Position numbers and translations under genes: made by a program
Assembly (NCBI GenBank): GCA_037447605.1
Contig: CM074807.1
Coordinates: forward strand, 930,001 to 994,000
Source: Zygnema circumcarinatum SAG 698-1b
Lineage: Eukaryota; Plantae; Zygnematophyceae
Direction: 5' to 3'
Length of the DNA: 64,000 bases
Shown here: in pieces, positions 23,201 to 36,936 of the stretch
Layout of the letters: every line of letters begins with the position of its first letter
How positions within the stretch are numbered: position 1 is the first letter of the stretch
The notes under the pieces: generated by a model
Databases searched by the model: none
Seen by the model: only the letters and a program-made list of their open reading frames with translations
Told to the model about the DNA's origin: nothing

Positions 23201-25335
23201 TTGTGCGGAAAGGTTGTCAATAGAGAAAGTTGGGGCTTCATGGGTCCCTTCTGCATTGAAACACTTGTAAAGGATGCTTCTTTATGTGTGAGTAGTTTGA
23301 GCTAAACAGAAAGGTGAGGAATAGAGGTCGATAAAATTAGAAGCAGTACTTCCTCTGCTCGTCGATTCCATCTTTTCTGTTTACAAGGAGAGACAATTTA
23401 AGCTCGTTGAGAGTTTCGTGTCTGTGTTGCTTGTTAGGAGGGATAAGTTGCCCCACGATCTGACAAGTAGGACTGATGGGCTCTGTTACTATCACTGGGA
23501 AGGGCTTCTTGCAGAAGAGGTGGTGGAACAAATGAGGGCCCTTACAGTCCAGGGAGGGGGGAAAAGACATTCTAAACGAGACCGCTTGTCACAGAAAACA
23601 AGTTTTCGAGAAATTCTGTCTTCCATTGAGGTAAGTGACCTACTCTTTTAAGGATCGCTGTGACCATGTCCCAGCTGTACGGGACTGCTGTTGTTTTGAA
23701 GAGAATAAGTTAGAGCGTTGATTTTCGAAGCATTTCGTGAGAAGGTCAGTATGATGATGACCTCTTCTTGTGGATAACCAGCCATCCGCTGAGTCGAACT
23801 GTTGCCTTCTTTCCTTAACAATTCCGTGCAGGAGGGAGGCGTACCGGAGACCACTGTCAAGCTGAAACATGGGGATAGCCTTCGCATTTCCACTTGGACC
23901 CAAACAGTGCAGGTGAAGTTCAAGTAGATTGAATAAGGAAGGGCTCAAATTTGCTTTCCATCGTCCTATTTAGGCCATTCTGAGTTGCATGTGGTGCACG
24001 AGTACAGGTGCATGTGGTAGTGAGAGCCATCAGCATGCGCGATTTTCAGTTTAGTATTTCTGTGATGGAAGTGCATTGATTAGAGAGGTTCATGTTAACA
24101 CCTATGCTGCCTAAGGACGAGTAAAATACTCTTGCCCGAGTAGCCAAAATGTTTTATGTAACCTTCCATTGTAGCTCGTAAATTGCTTGAGAGCTAGGAA
24201 TGCCTCGGTATAGAATTGCTGGAAACTGGTACAGGCATTGCATTGCATTGCATTGCAGGAAGTAACAATGCCGCTTTTGCAATGGGCCTTGCAGCTTAAT
24301 GCACTGCGCAAATTTCTAGCAGAAGGTTTTCAACGGCACTTGCAGGTGAATATGTGACCTCTTTCCAGGCTTTAACAATGTGACATCAGGAAGGAGGAGA
24401 AAAATATTAAGTGGGAAAGTGGGCCCTTTCTTTTTTGCAGCTGTTAGGGTGCATGTGAAGCACTACGCAAACGTGGGGATTCTTTATTCTTAGGTTTCGG
24501 AAGTTGAGGTTGTTTTTGAAGGGCTACGACGAGGCGTGTTATAAATCATCTTGGGTCCTCTTTTTGAAATTTCAGACTTCCTATTGACCCGTTTCTATTA
24601 CGTTCCCAAACAAGGCTTTATGTTTAGGTAGAATGTCAAGTAGGATTGCTGACCATGCCGAGTTCTGAATCTGCAGGAAAATACTCTTTTACATGAGATA
24701 TTTGAGTTTGAACCGAGGGTTACCAAGGCAGCAGGATTCCGTTCCCTAGCTGAAAAGGTATTGCTATCATGACTTAAAACTGTTGCGCCTTGACTGAAAT
24801 CGTTAGGTTCACGTGCCTTCTTTTGACACTTTGCGTCAGTAGGATTGAATCTGTTTTCTAGTTCCATTTGCCATTAATAAACGACTAGTTCTGATCTTCC
24901 CTGATCTTCCAAAACCTTGCAATGGTGGGAATGTCTATTTGGGCATCAAGCTTAAGAGACGACCCGAAACATCTTTGTGAGCTTTTAGATGGAGGGGGAA
25001 ATGCATGCAGAGAATGTACCGATCACCAAATTCGGTACTGAACAAGGCCCGAACACAGGCACGAAGCCAGAGCCGCTCCATGGCGGCGGTCAGTTCCCGT
25101 TTCAGTTCCCATCGTCTAAGAGCCCCTCAATCCTGTCCCCTTTGTGTTTCAGAATATTTGAATTACAGTGATACTGACAATTTTTTTCTCTCCGATGTTT
25201 CCCCTTCACTAACGTTCTCGTAGCGGCCTACAATGTCTCCCTTACTAATTAGGAATGTGTGGCAAAAAATGTCCCATCTGTATGCAGGCTGAAAACCAGG
25301 GCTCGTTCCATGCATTATCTGAAGACGACTATTGA
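20260..25335 (+). CDS. Interferon-related developmental regulator (IFRD) family protein, about 14 exons
   Basis: Exon peptides LEGYLDDLYEKR/SSTRETALKGLI, SVKRGSATEVALAARALG, ALESLAMLTFI, VRAAALTAWSLLLST, LLKDGDLSVRTAAGEAIALLHE, SKRDRLSQKTSFREILSSIE, LRISTWTQTVQ/LNALRKFLAEGFQRHLQ/ENTLLHEIFEF and RMYRSPNSVLNKARTQAR match recalled IFRD family motifs. Ends ...LSEDDY* at 25335. Confidence 0.92.
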
Positions 25336-26012
25336 TGGCAAATGTGGAAGATTTGAACTATGGGACTCATGGCCTTGCCAATTGCTACGAGGATAAAGGC
25401 GGGAAGGAGAACCTAACTTGTAAATAATTTTGGTGCTTAGGGGGCTTTTAAGGTTCATTTTTGTTTGCCGGATGAATTCAAGACTATTGAAAGACGTTCA
25501 ATGGGTTGGTTTTGTTGCATAGACCGTTACTGGGCAGGAAGGAGGGAGACGTGGGAGAGAGAGAATTAAGTGGGAGAGGTACATTACGTCACAGGCATCG
25601 TAAGATTGTGTGGACGCACTTCTCGCAATGCGTGAGAAGTTCCGTTACATCTGTTACTTTACATTTGTGAGCTTCTTAGAGGTTGAGAGCCTCCGTTTTT
25701 GAATCAGAAGAATTATCTAGGGTTTGTCGCTTCCCTTGTGCGACAGACTATATTAAGTTAGAGATGTCTGATTGCCTAATTGCTTGGCCAGCCTTGGCTT
25801 GTGAATATGCGCCAACTTATTCTGACATAATAATCTCATGTATGGCGCAGACTACGCAATGTCTTGATGCGAGGCGAATAAGGTAGGAACTACTTGTAGC
25901 CATGTGTCATTAGTACCCTCGGTAGATGCCTTTCCCCCATTCTGAGAAGAATGCGCCCATGGCACCTTATATAACGCCGTTTGGATTTTCAGTTAAGCTA
26001 ACCCTTGGACTT

Positions 26013-27263
26013 TCAGGGCGACTCCTCATCCACCTGAATGGCGGCCAAGCGGCCAATCCATTCGCCCAGCCTCTCCTCGTTGGTGAGGTCGACTTCTGGT
26101 ATTTGAAGACTGCCTTCCTTCCGTTCATAGAAGTCAGAAATACCAATAACAGCACTTTGCGGATTGGTTATCTCGGTGATTCGAGCGGAGCCATCCTTCT
26201 CCAAAAAGTCTATAATTGGAGCCTCTGCTTTGACGAGGGCTATCAAACTCTCCCTTGAAATGAACATTGTCATCCCTCGGATGACTTTCGTGTACCTGAA
26301 ACTCATCAAGCAGCATGTCAGCCTCATTCATACTGAATGTGTCAGTCTTACTGGCCATTAGTACAGCCCTTGCCAAGGTGGCCATGAGTCTTAAGAAAGA
26401 TCACAGTCAATCATACAGACGGTTACCGGTGACATCATGCCTAATATCCTGCAAGAATTCGAAATGAGTGAGTTTTGGTAAAGAAAGGATACCGCATAAG
26501 GCATGTTCCAAAGTACATGCGAGCGCTGGTCCTGCAGATTCGGTGAACATCGGCTGCCGAGGCTTCCGGCAAAAGGTGAATGAGATACCTATAAAAACAC
26601 GAAATTATTTTTATCTACTATCTTTTGTTATTGCACTTCTGCATATGCGTTCAAAGAAACAAGAGAAGAGGTCGAGGGATCCGGAAGACGGGAGATTGAA
26701 GATAGGAAAATAAAGAATGAGAAAGAGAGGCGGGAAATGCAGGAGATAAAGACGAGAAGGGAAATAGGGAAAGGGGAAGCGGAAAAGGCATTGGGAAGTC
26801 AGAGATATTAGAGTCATAGAAGATGAAAAGAGGGAGTCAAAAAAAAAAAATAATAATAATAATAACCGAAAACGGAAAGAAAAGTACACAAAGAAAAGCG
26901 TCAGTGTGAAGCGCAGCTTTGTAACGGACCTCTCTCGAGTTCCGAAAGAGCTTGTTCCTCCTCCATTCTCCACCTCTTCACAGCCATCTGTTGCAGTGTA
27001 AAGACAAGGAAGACTCTTCCCTAGAGAACAACACGTGTACGAACCAGAAACCTTTCCTGCTTTCACCAATAGAGCAAATGCTGCAAACCCTAAAAGTGCG
27101 CACACAGTACACAGACTCACTAGCTTCGCACCGCCTTCCAACGCAGCAGCCATGTCGACTGAAAAATCCAAAGCTGAGAAATCTAACCATTCTCTTCCGG
27201 CTCATTCCACCTTTTAGGATTCTCGGAAGCTGCAGAGGTTACGCCCGCCCCAACCGCCGCCAT
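26013..27263 (-). CDS. Hypothetical multi-exon gene or pseudogene of unknown function
   Basis: GC-rich leader with GCCATGG near 27263, several GT-AG-bounded segments, and a protein-like terminal exon (YTKVIRGMTMFISRESLIALVKAEAPIIDFLEKDGSARITEI...EWIGRLAAIQVDEESP*). I could not assemble one clean reading frame. Confidence 0.3.
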
Positions 27264-27457
27264 GGCCGCCCCCCTCCCTCTCCCCCCGCCGCAACCGCCG
27301 CCGGTTTTTGCAGAAAATTTGAACCGCGGAAGTTTGCAAGTTTGAAACTTCCCGCGCCGACGGCCGACCGCGACCGCAACCGCCGTAACCGCAAGCGGCG
27401 GCGGGCTAGAAGAGCCAATGTAATTATTTTATAATTATAGATTAATTTTATATCTTA

Positions 27458-27588
27458 AGGTCTACTTACACACCTTTTTGGTCTAAATTCACACCTTTTT
27501 TGGCAGGCCAGATTTTCAGTGTTTTTAGGGTTTTGGGTGATTTTTTTAAAGGTGCGAATCTAGCCAAAAAGGGTGTGTAAATAGACCC
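27458..27588. mobile_element. MITE (Tourist-like), about 131 bp
   Basis: Imperfect TIRs of about 40 bp: AGGTCTACTTACACACCTTTTTGGTCTAAATTCACACCTTT versus reverse complement GGGTCTATTTACACACCCTTTTTGGCTAGATTCGCACCTTT. Flanks are TTA and TCA, an imperfect 3-bp TSD. Confidence 0.7.
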
Positions 27589-27680
27589 TCAGGCTATTTT
27601 TTCTTGTTCCTTTTTTCTTTTGAAGCTCGGGCACTTTGACGACTCGAATTGTAGTTATTTTTACTTTCGGTTCAATTAGT

Positions 27681-27682
<2 letters not shown>

Positions 27683-27728
<46 letters not shown>
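27683..27728. repeat. (AT)n microsatellite
   Basis: Pure AT dinucleotide run. Confidence 0.95.
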
Positions 27729-27732
<4 letters not shown>

Positions 27733-28448
27733 ATGACTACCGTCAGGACAAGTGCAACTGTAATTGGGGGCCTCTTGTGGTGAGTGAAGGTGCTTTGTGG
27801 GCCTTCAGGGTCGTTATTTGCATCAAACGACATCATCATTTTGCATCATTTTATTCGTCATCGCGGGGTAGGCGCCTGTTCTCAAGTGCTACAGTATGTT
27901 TCGGGTTTCAAACTGCTTGATTGGAAATTAGCCATTTAAAACAAGCTTTCTGTTGTATTACGGCTTTCCTCTATTCTCATCCCTTCTCTTCACTTCTTTT
28001 CTTTTCTCTCCTCTCCACTCCCTTCTCATTTCCTATAAAGACTGGCACAAAAAACTCAATCCACGCTCACACCCGCATTTCACAAAACAATCCACTGCGT
28101 ATCGTGTCCCTCCCTTCCACATTCTTGTGAGAGGGGCAAAAGGATTAGAGGCAAATTCATCAAACATGCTAATCTAAACTAAATATATACACTAACAGTT
28201 ACAATATTATAAAGCGCACACGCGGAGCTTCTCAGCGTATTTACGCCTTCACAAACTTCTTTTTGTTTCTTCTCTGGCGAGACACGCACTCGACTCAATT
28301 ATACAATGTGGGAGCCCTATAGCCATGGGGGCATCGCTTACATAAGAAGGGAAGCAGCAGATCTTTATGCCCTCTCACACAAAGGCTGCAAGGTGTGAAA
28401 AGAAGCAATCCACGCATTGGGGAAAGCATGATGTTTCTAGAGACCACT

Positions 28449-31409
28449 TTACTCGTGGTTTTCGATGCGCCGGACGAGCATGGGCATGCCGTGGGAGGGA
28501 CGGAGCGTGATTAGCGCCTGCGTGCTGTGCTTGAACCCGGGCGCTAAACTCCATGAAAAGTCCCTCAGGATGTGGGCCAAGATGACTTTGGCCTCCATCA
28601 TGGCGAATGCCTGCCCTATGCAATTGCGCGGTCCTGCGCTGAAGGGGACAAATACATGGGGGTCCTTGCACGCACCCGCCACACCGTCTGGTAGGAAAGA
28701 ATGAAGAAACAATTGGGAGGTTGGTTCATTGATGCTGAGACTGACTGAAAAGATGGCATCCTAGTGCAAGTAAGTCAGACCGTTCTTATGGAAAACAAGA
28801 TGTTGAATTTTCAGGGCTATCTTCTAGCATAGGCGAGCTTCTCACATAAAAGGGAGGAGTGCTTTGCTTTCCTCCTCTGAAAAAATCTCTCACCTGCAAA
28901 ACGCTCCGGCCGGAAGGTGTCCGCGTCCTCCCCCCAGAGGTCCTTCTTGCGATGCAGGTGAGAGATGGGAACAAAGACACTCGTCCCTTTGGGGATGCTG
29001 TAAGGCCCCAACTTCATCTCCTGGAACAGCCAATGCAGGCAGCCAGATCACATCTCTGAACTCAGCCCGTTTTTAGGGTTTTTAGGGTTTTCTCCTACTT
29101 GTTGCGTGTAAGTGAAAAGTAAAAGCTTAAAATAAACATAGTAAGAGATGCAACAAGCACGCCTTACAGAACTCAAACCCAAGTGAATCCAACATATGGT
29201 CCTCACCTTTTCTACGCCTCTCATGACTCCGGGAATAGGGGGAAACAATCTCAGTGATTCCATGAGCACCATTTGAAGCTCCTTAAGCGAGGCAGCCTTC
29301 TCCCAGTCCGCCTTCTCTGAGTCTGACCATATGACGGAGTTCACCTCCTCTCTCAGACGAGTCTGCCATTCGGGATGCCGTGAAAGGAGGTACAGCGACC
29401 ATGTTATCAACTGAGCCGTTGTTTCGTGACCTACACGCCAAAAAAAGGCAAATATTAAGTGATGTTTTCGTGAGGGAGAATTCTCTTTAGGTGTTTCAAT
29501 TGCAAGGTAGGAGACTGCCCACCTGCAAGAAGGATGTTGAGGCACTCATCCATGAGCTGTTCGTTGGTCATCCCAATGTTGGTCTCATCATCGGTAGCCA
29601 TCAACATGCTCGCCAGAAGATCGTCTCCCACGACTCCCTGTTAGGGTCAATCAAGGCATAATCGTAAGGGCGTAACCATTGGCATGTTTGTGCAAGTTAC
29701 AAGCCTACCATGTAATGTTATCACCAACTACTTTGGTTGTCGAGACCTTCTTATGTTGTTTATTTTTTGCAGGATTCTTTGGAGCTGATGATGTGTCAAC
29801 GTACAGGTGTGATTGCAATACAATATTTTTTAATAATTGTAGCTGGTGGGTTCCTTTTCTCACAAAAATACCTGAATTTGTGCCTTCCTCCGTCGTTCAA
29901 TAAGACCAAGCATGAGCGTGCGGATTTTTCTCTCACACTTCGCAATGGTGCGAATCAATTTTAAGGGCAGACGTCTGCAAATGGAGTTCCATGCATAGAA
30001 CATTGAGTGAGACAGCTTTGCAAACTGCCCCTCTGTTTACCAGAACTAAATGCGGGACAATGGAGATCAGGCAAACCAACTTTCCAGCAATAGGCTTCAA
30101 CGTCAATGCGTTGTGGCATGGTAGTTATGCAGTATCGATCTCGCAGCAGGCAAATAATCTCTATGTTGGTTAACATAAACTTGACTAAAGGTCAGATTTG
30201 AAATGCCGCGGTGCTTTTACTTGTACAGTGGAATGAAAACGTAGCCGCGAACTATGCAGTCAATTGTCGCCTCCAATATTTCCGCAACCGTTTCGTATAT
30301 CTCCCGTGCCTGCTCAGACCCTCCACTTATGTTCGCTCCAAAGGCCGACTGGCCAATAATTTCGAGTGCCAATGAAGAAGCGTCTTTTTGAACATCAATT
30401 TCTGCCAGGCCGTTGGAGTTCTTTATTTGCTCTTTCCACGAGTCAACGGTCTGCTGTGAGCTTGAAACCATCACACGTAACACCTCCTGTAGAGCCATTA
30501 CCGCCCAATTCATCAGAACGCTATTGATCAAGAAACTTCAACTATGTGTATGGTGTCTATTAGAGCCAGGAAATGTTTGGTGTGAGTTTGAAGCTATATA
30601 GTTGCTACAATAAAAGTTGCGTGAGGCCAAAACTTGGGTCCAGTTTTGCACCTTGATATGACGGTGACCGAATGAAGGGTTCATCATGCGGCGTTGACGA
30701 CTCCAGAGGGGCCCATTAGAGTTAATGAGGCCATTCCCAAAGAGGGCGAGGGCGCGGCGCTGCAGACTATCTTTTGGCCACTCTTGAGAGTTACCCATGA
30801 GCACCTGAAGGGAAAGAAAATAAAAGGAGGCGAGGGATCACACAAGTCGTCTTATTAGTAGAAAAAATCCACAGCTTTTGTGGAAAACTCGTCCATGACG
30901 ATGAAGTGAAGTATAATGAGTTCTCTTCACCGGCTATAATCGTGTACCTGGCGTTGAAGGGCGGGGTCGCTGATTATGAGCCGCACATGCGGTCCAAGGG
31001 ACATGGCCACGAGGGGTCCGTACTTCTTTTCGTTTTCCCGAAACACATCAACAAACTTCTCGTCACGTTCGCCAGGTTCCGTACCCATTCCTGCGTGCAG
31101 AAAGTCCTCGTGATATTCGGGAAGGTGTCCAACCACTGGCCTGCAGGATTACCCCAACTCCCATCAAAGTCCATCCTCTGTGAGGCTCGCAATAGACCCG
31201 AAAACCTCCTCACTTGATATTTCAGGTGGGATACAATCCACAGACCTGAAAGGCGTAGTTGGAATGCCTTGACGCCGAAGGCGCATCAAGATGCTGTACG
31301 GCCGCCATATTGCAAAAAAGGCGAAGCAGAGAGCGCCTGCAAGGAGCCCCGCTAAGAGTACAAACGGCGCCACTGTTGCCACCGGCGATAGCATGCTTGC
31401 AAGGGCCAT
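28449..31409 (-). CDS. Cytochrome P450, CYP72-clan-like (paralog C), 9 exons
   Basis: Exons about 31409-31247, 31140-30948, 30804-30652, 30486-30221, 29974-29872, 29637-29523, 29430-29207, 29021-28894 and 28688-28449. [38 protein letters not shown]. Intron positions are the same as in paralog B. Confidence 0.95.
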
Positions 31410-32137
31410 GCTCAGGGTTCAGGGATTCAAAGGATCGATTACGTTGGGTTCTTTGCGGTGGTTTTGAGGAGGTGGGGGTGGGGGGGAGGAGAGAGGGGGG
31501 AGCGGCAGGCACTGCTAAAACCTCTGCAGTGCAAGGCGCTGCATGCCGCCGGCGCGCGCCGCTTAATGTAGGGCTGGCGGTCAATAGCCGTACGATTATG
31601 CAAGAACGCGTGACTGGACGAAAAGGGGACCGGTCGGAGGTTGTACGGACGACGGACGGCCGTTGTGGCGGCTCGAACGGTTTCGGTAGGTCGGAACAGA
31701 GCGACCGGTCCATGGCGCGGCCTGGAGGGGGGCTGTGCATTGGTCGGAGTGCTTCCTAAAAACATTTGGACATTTTCATGCTTCTTGTTTTGATTGTTTT
31801 GTGGGTGCTTAACTTTAATAATGACATTTTCATTTTTGAGGGGTTGGCATTCTACCCAGCAATCGCAGGAAACATCGGAAACATTGTACCTTTGTCTGTC
31901 TAAGCGCAAAGGAAATAGAATGGAGAGAGAGTGAGAGTAGAGCATGTAAACCAACAGCTCGAAAGACTAACCGACTGACTGATCGATCCACTAAGAAGTT
32001 CAAAAGAACCATCCAACCGAGCTTTATTTCCCTCATATGCAAGTAAAGCAGCATGTCAGAACAGGGCGCCATGGCAGCTCTTGCAATATTCCAATTCAGA
32101 AGACCGCCATATCCGAGGGCCCCTTCTTTCCATTTCC

Positions 32138-35100
32138 TCACAGAGGCCGGATCCTCTTCTCCGGCGGCGTCGCCTGCACAAACTCCTCATCCTCCTCCTC
32201 GTCCTCCTCCGTGCTGTTCCCAATCCACACATTCGGATTCCGAAACACCGTCTGGGTCGGAGGCTGAGCATGCTCGGCACTCCCTTCATTCCCTGCACAC
32301 ACACCACATTCAGAGCTCTCATCTTCCTCATAATACGGGCATTAGGGTTACGAGGGCTTGGTAATCGCAACCAAGCAACTAATCCAAAGCCTGCGGTATC
32401 GTATGACCTGAAAAGCGTTTCTCACCTCTGCTCTTCTCCATTGACGTTTGGGCCCTCCTTTCAGAGAGTGGGAGAAACTCAGCACCTGCAGGAAACTTCC
32501 CCTTTCGAGCCTCTCCTGCTGCATACTCGACTCCCTCCATACCCTCGTGTTGCCAAGGCACAGAAGTTGAAGCCTGTTGGACCGTGTTCATAGGTGCCAC
32601 TCGTTGAGAGCCTCCTTGCCGGTTCCTGTTCCAAAGCAGTACCTTGGATATGTTGAATTACTTACCTTCTTGCCTCTATTCAGCGGCACACTTCACCAAA
32701 AAGTTGGAATTTCAGACCTACAAACGCAGCAGGGGCTGCCTCATTCTGCTTCATCAGGTTATGTGGAGACACAAACAGAAAGCTTAAATTCCAGGGGGCC
32801 TATTTTCATGGCCAACAACCTGATTAGTAAAGTGTTTACATCCCAACCTCGAAACGTGAGAGACTTTCAGATTCCCTGCTGTTCGCAATGATCCACATCT
32901 AGTAAAAGATCTACCTCCTCTCTTGTCATCCTTTGCCCTCAAGTGTCTGTACATATGCGTAAAGATCAATCAGCAGAATAAGCACTCAGGTTAAGCGGTT
33001 GGCTTTGACATTTGACAGGAAAAACTCCTACTCCTTGAGACAAAGGCCGAAAGGCACGGGAAGGCATACTGGGAGGGAGAGCTGTCTCGGAAGGGCTCAG
33101 GGTCGCCAGTGTGGCTTGGCCGCATGTGCACCCTCTGAATTTCTTCAGTTGCATCCATACTGTCTTCTGTCATCCTGAAGGGTTCAGAGTTATGTGGATC
33201 GGTTCTAACCTGACCTTCCGAATTTGGATACACAGCATTGCCACTCTGCCTTGCACCACTACCTGCAAAACGAGAAATAGACATACTTAGAATTCATCAG
33301 GGGAGCTGAAGCAACTGAAGACACTGCCGCCTTTCCAGGAGATTCGTCCATTCAGATGCTTGCTCTGCTGGGAAACCTTAGCAGCACAACCACAAGGGAA
33401 AACCTATACTGGGGCTTGAAAATGAGCCAAGCATGTTGCAACGACACCCCATCCTCACATATCTTCTATAGGGGCTGCAGAAAAGTACGACTTGCCTGAC
33501 AACTCGGACCAGATATTTGTTCGATCTGAGCCAGCATGTGAATCAAACCTTTGCCTCCTCTCTGTTCTCTCAGGGGGCAGTGGGCCTGCAGTCCGCAGTA
33601 ACTCAGCATCCTGCTGTGACTGTTCCCGGGCAGTCTGGGCAGTCCGGCCTTCTTGATCACCAGTGTTAGCAGCCCCTTGTTCTCGTGAGCCTTGGGATGT
33701 TTGAAGCACCGATTCCATCATAGATGCAACTACAAGCATGGCTTCGAAGTCTGATCTCACTGTGTCGCTGACACCAAAGTACGGGCTGAATAGCACTGGC
33801 CTGTATACAATGCAAGGGAATAGAGATCCATTTGGAAAGAGTTCACCATCACTTGGGAGAAGACAATGCTCTAAGGGAGACAAGCAATCATTGTTCACCA
33901 AGCATTCCGCTTAAGATAGAGACATGGCTCCTGATATTAAGTGGCCGCTGATAGCTCCTTTCCTTTAAACCTACACATTTTTCAGGCCTGGCCTGGCCTG
34001 TTAGAGTGAGAGGACTGACAAAGTGCATTCAGACCAGCCACTCCCTTGCCTGGAATACTTAAGAAAAACCGTAATTCTAACGCAGACACCTCATTTGATC
34101 TATGGTGACTTTCCAATCACAATCTGACAAGGGATTTGGGGGCTTCCAGGTCAGGTCGTCCAAAACAGATGAAATCGGGAACGTTCAAAAACTAGTTTTC
34201 TACGTCACCTGGCTACACCCACGAGATACTTTGATGTGCCAAACTGTAGAACCAAGGCCATTGCGTAAAAGCTTAGGACCGGTTGGGTCATGAGGGCTTT
34301 GCTAAACAAGAATGTGGGCCTACTGATTTTTTCTGCAAGATAGCTAGATTCCGCGAGGAGACCTGAACTTAAATTTCTCAAAAAGGGAACAACGGACTGA
34401 ATCATGCTACCAGAAAGCGAGCTCTAATGCAGTACCTGGACCGGGTGCTTACACGCGCACCTTTCAGAGTCCAATCAACCAAACCCTTCACCCAGTTCAA
34501 ATTCTAAAACCTGCCATTGGCCTCAGATTGTGAGCAAGCAGCTAGTATTATTGATTTGGATCATTACCCTCCTGCCTTGTCAAAGTACATCCGCAGATCT
34601 ACCTCGACAGCTTCACAAAACGCGATGAAAGCCTGACCCCTTGAAATCCCCCACAAGGCCCATGACTGTCATGGACTGAGTTACTTGCTGACCTGCCCCG
34701 CTTGCAAAAATCTGCTCAGCAAGGGAGACTGCCTACCCGCAGCTCCTTGAGGCTGAACGTCATATCCACGGCATCCCCCGTATGAGAATACTGCTGTAGC
34801 TCCTCCGTTGGATCTATCCACAACTGAGTGTGGAGGCTGGGTCCCTCCGAAGCCCCTGCGGCCTCTCAGGATTTGCAAGGAAATGGTGAAAAGTGAAAGG
34901 AAAAGCCCGGCAGATGATATACTTCAATAGCTGGTAAGCTATTGCTAATGCTTATCGAGACTTTGCGGTGGAGAGGTCACGTTCTGCGCATCAGTCTCCT
35001 TGCTTCCAAAGCAGCGTTTCTTTTCAATTGTGACAGTATTCCAGATTCAAGACTCAACGAGAAGCCTATGGGCGCCTTATGAACAGTATGGAGGACATGA

Positions 35101-36936
35101 ACTTACGCCTTGTGGGGTCCACATAGCTCCGTAGTTCCACTGCTTTAGCCTCTGGAGGTCCCGAGTCATCTGCTGCCGGGGTAGCAAGCGGCTCTGTTGC
35201 GATCAAAGTGATCTCTCCAAGTGTTGATTGAAAATTGCTGAGAAGTCGGTTCAGATCCTTAGGCTTAACCACCAAATGGCTTGGAAATGTAGCCGGGTCT
35301 ACTTGTGCTGAAAGAATCTGCTCTGTGTGGATGCATGATAGCCAGTACGTCTTGCGAATGCCTGAATGTAGCATTGACAGCAACAGCAGCGTATTCAGAC
35401 AAGCACACGAATGTGTTGGGATGTGCAATGTTCCCAGGTGCAAATTTACATTATTAGTAACTCATAGATTGGACTCAGGAAGGGTACCTGCGCAAAGTTC
35501 CACCTTCTACAACCCTGAATGTGTTTGAAAGATAAGCTCAGTTCGTTCTGAACTCCGTAACCTTCGTGGCTTAAACTGCCATTTTATTGAAGGTATGCAA
35601 AGCAGCAGTCATGCTAAGGGAAGGGCATTCGAGTATAGTCGTTCACCATTTGCGCACTGAATAGTCCACTTCAATTTTGTCGCATCTGAGTTCTCCAGTG
35701 ACATTGTGAGTGTCTCCATATTCCCAGGAGGTGTCCTGAAAATAGTCAGCACCGCCTGAAATACAGCAGAAAGAACTTTGTAATTACATCAACGTGGGCT
35801 TATGCACTTTTGATTGAAGAATTCTCCTTGATTAACCACCGTTTTGGCTGGGAAGGACAATAAACACAATAAATGGGGTTCTACACTAGCAATAGATACG
35901 AGCACCAGGAGCAGAAAGTTAGCAGACGAATCAAATCTGCAAGACGCCTTCAGGAAGGTTCGGAGCATTACCTTCACAAGGACGCAGCAAGTTGCAGTTG
36001 GAACGGACAACAGATAGCGATCAAAAAACTCCGCTTTAAATGTAATGGATAGGAATGCTGTCTTCGCCGCATTTAGAGTACGTAGCATTACCTGCAATTA
36101 CATCTCCAAAGACTCTATTGGTGGCAATTTTTCCTTTCTGGAGCAGTAAGCAAGGAGCGATACAGCATTCTGACGAGTCTAGCATATTGCTTTCACCCAA
36201 AATCTTGGGTGATAGCAGGTTACTCAAGCCGGAACAATCCTCCATCAAGCAATAAAGGAAGTTTCAAGACGTTGTGTACAGCGGAATTTCAGACTGTACA
36301 GTCTAATGGACAACTGCAAACATGAATTGCTCACTCGAAACCAGAATGTAGGCCTTTATCTATACCATTAATAACATGTAAAGCAAAAGTATACCTACAA
36401 ACAAACGTATAAACACGTTCTAGTATGGCTTATAGCAATCGGAGAGAGTCACCGTATTTACAATATTGTGCAAAATGCAAGTTTTGGTTTTCCATTACTT
36501 GAATCCTGTGGCAAAGAAATAGGTGGAAACCTTTGTAAATCGGAACAATTTTCAACCGGAAGTTATAAAAAAGACGAAATAACTCGCAAAATTCAGCCTC
36601 CAATCGTCCCGCCTATTGCGTCACTCTTATTTCAGTGAATGCCAGCATAAAGTACAGCTTATAACAAAAACGAGCTGCTTTGTATGCATTTCGGACTATT
36701 GAAACCTTCCAATTTGGAACAAACTGGCAAGCAAAAACGATTTTATTCAATGCCTTTCACACGTCCATCCAACCAAACACAATTACACCGATCCTTAAGC
36801 TCGAGTCTGCAAACAAGATGCCCACCTTGGACGGAATAGCTTCCAAGGTAACTTCTGCAGCATGCGCCGCCCGAGCGAGGCAATGCACTGCGGAGCTGAG
36901 AGTGCGGATTTGGCCTCCACTGAGAACGCAGTCCAT
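32138..36936 (-). CDS. RAD9: Checkpoint clamp 9-1-1 subunit RAD9
   Basis: MDCVLSGGQIRTLSSAVHCLAR, VMLRTLNAAKTAFLSITFKAEFFDRY, QCANGIRKTYWLSC, FPSHLVVKPKDLNRLLSNFQSTLGEITLIATEP, LHTQLWIDPTEEL...TFSLKELRAFIAFCE...RMYFDKAG, FEAMLVVASM. Long disordered tail ending EEDEEEDEEFVQATPPEKRIRPL*. Confidence 0.92.

Noticed and set aside
29071-29092. TTTTAGGG-like telomeric repeats (also AAAACCC run at about 46700-46740)
   Set aside because: Only 2-4 degenerate units, too short to call an interstitial telomere.
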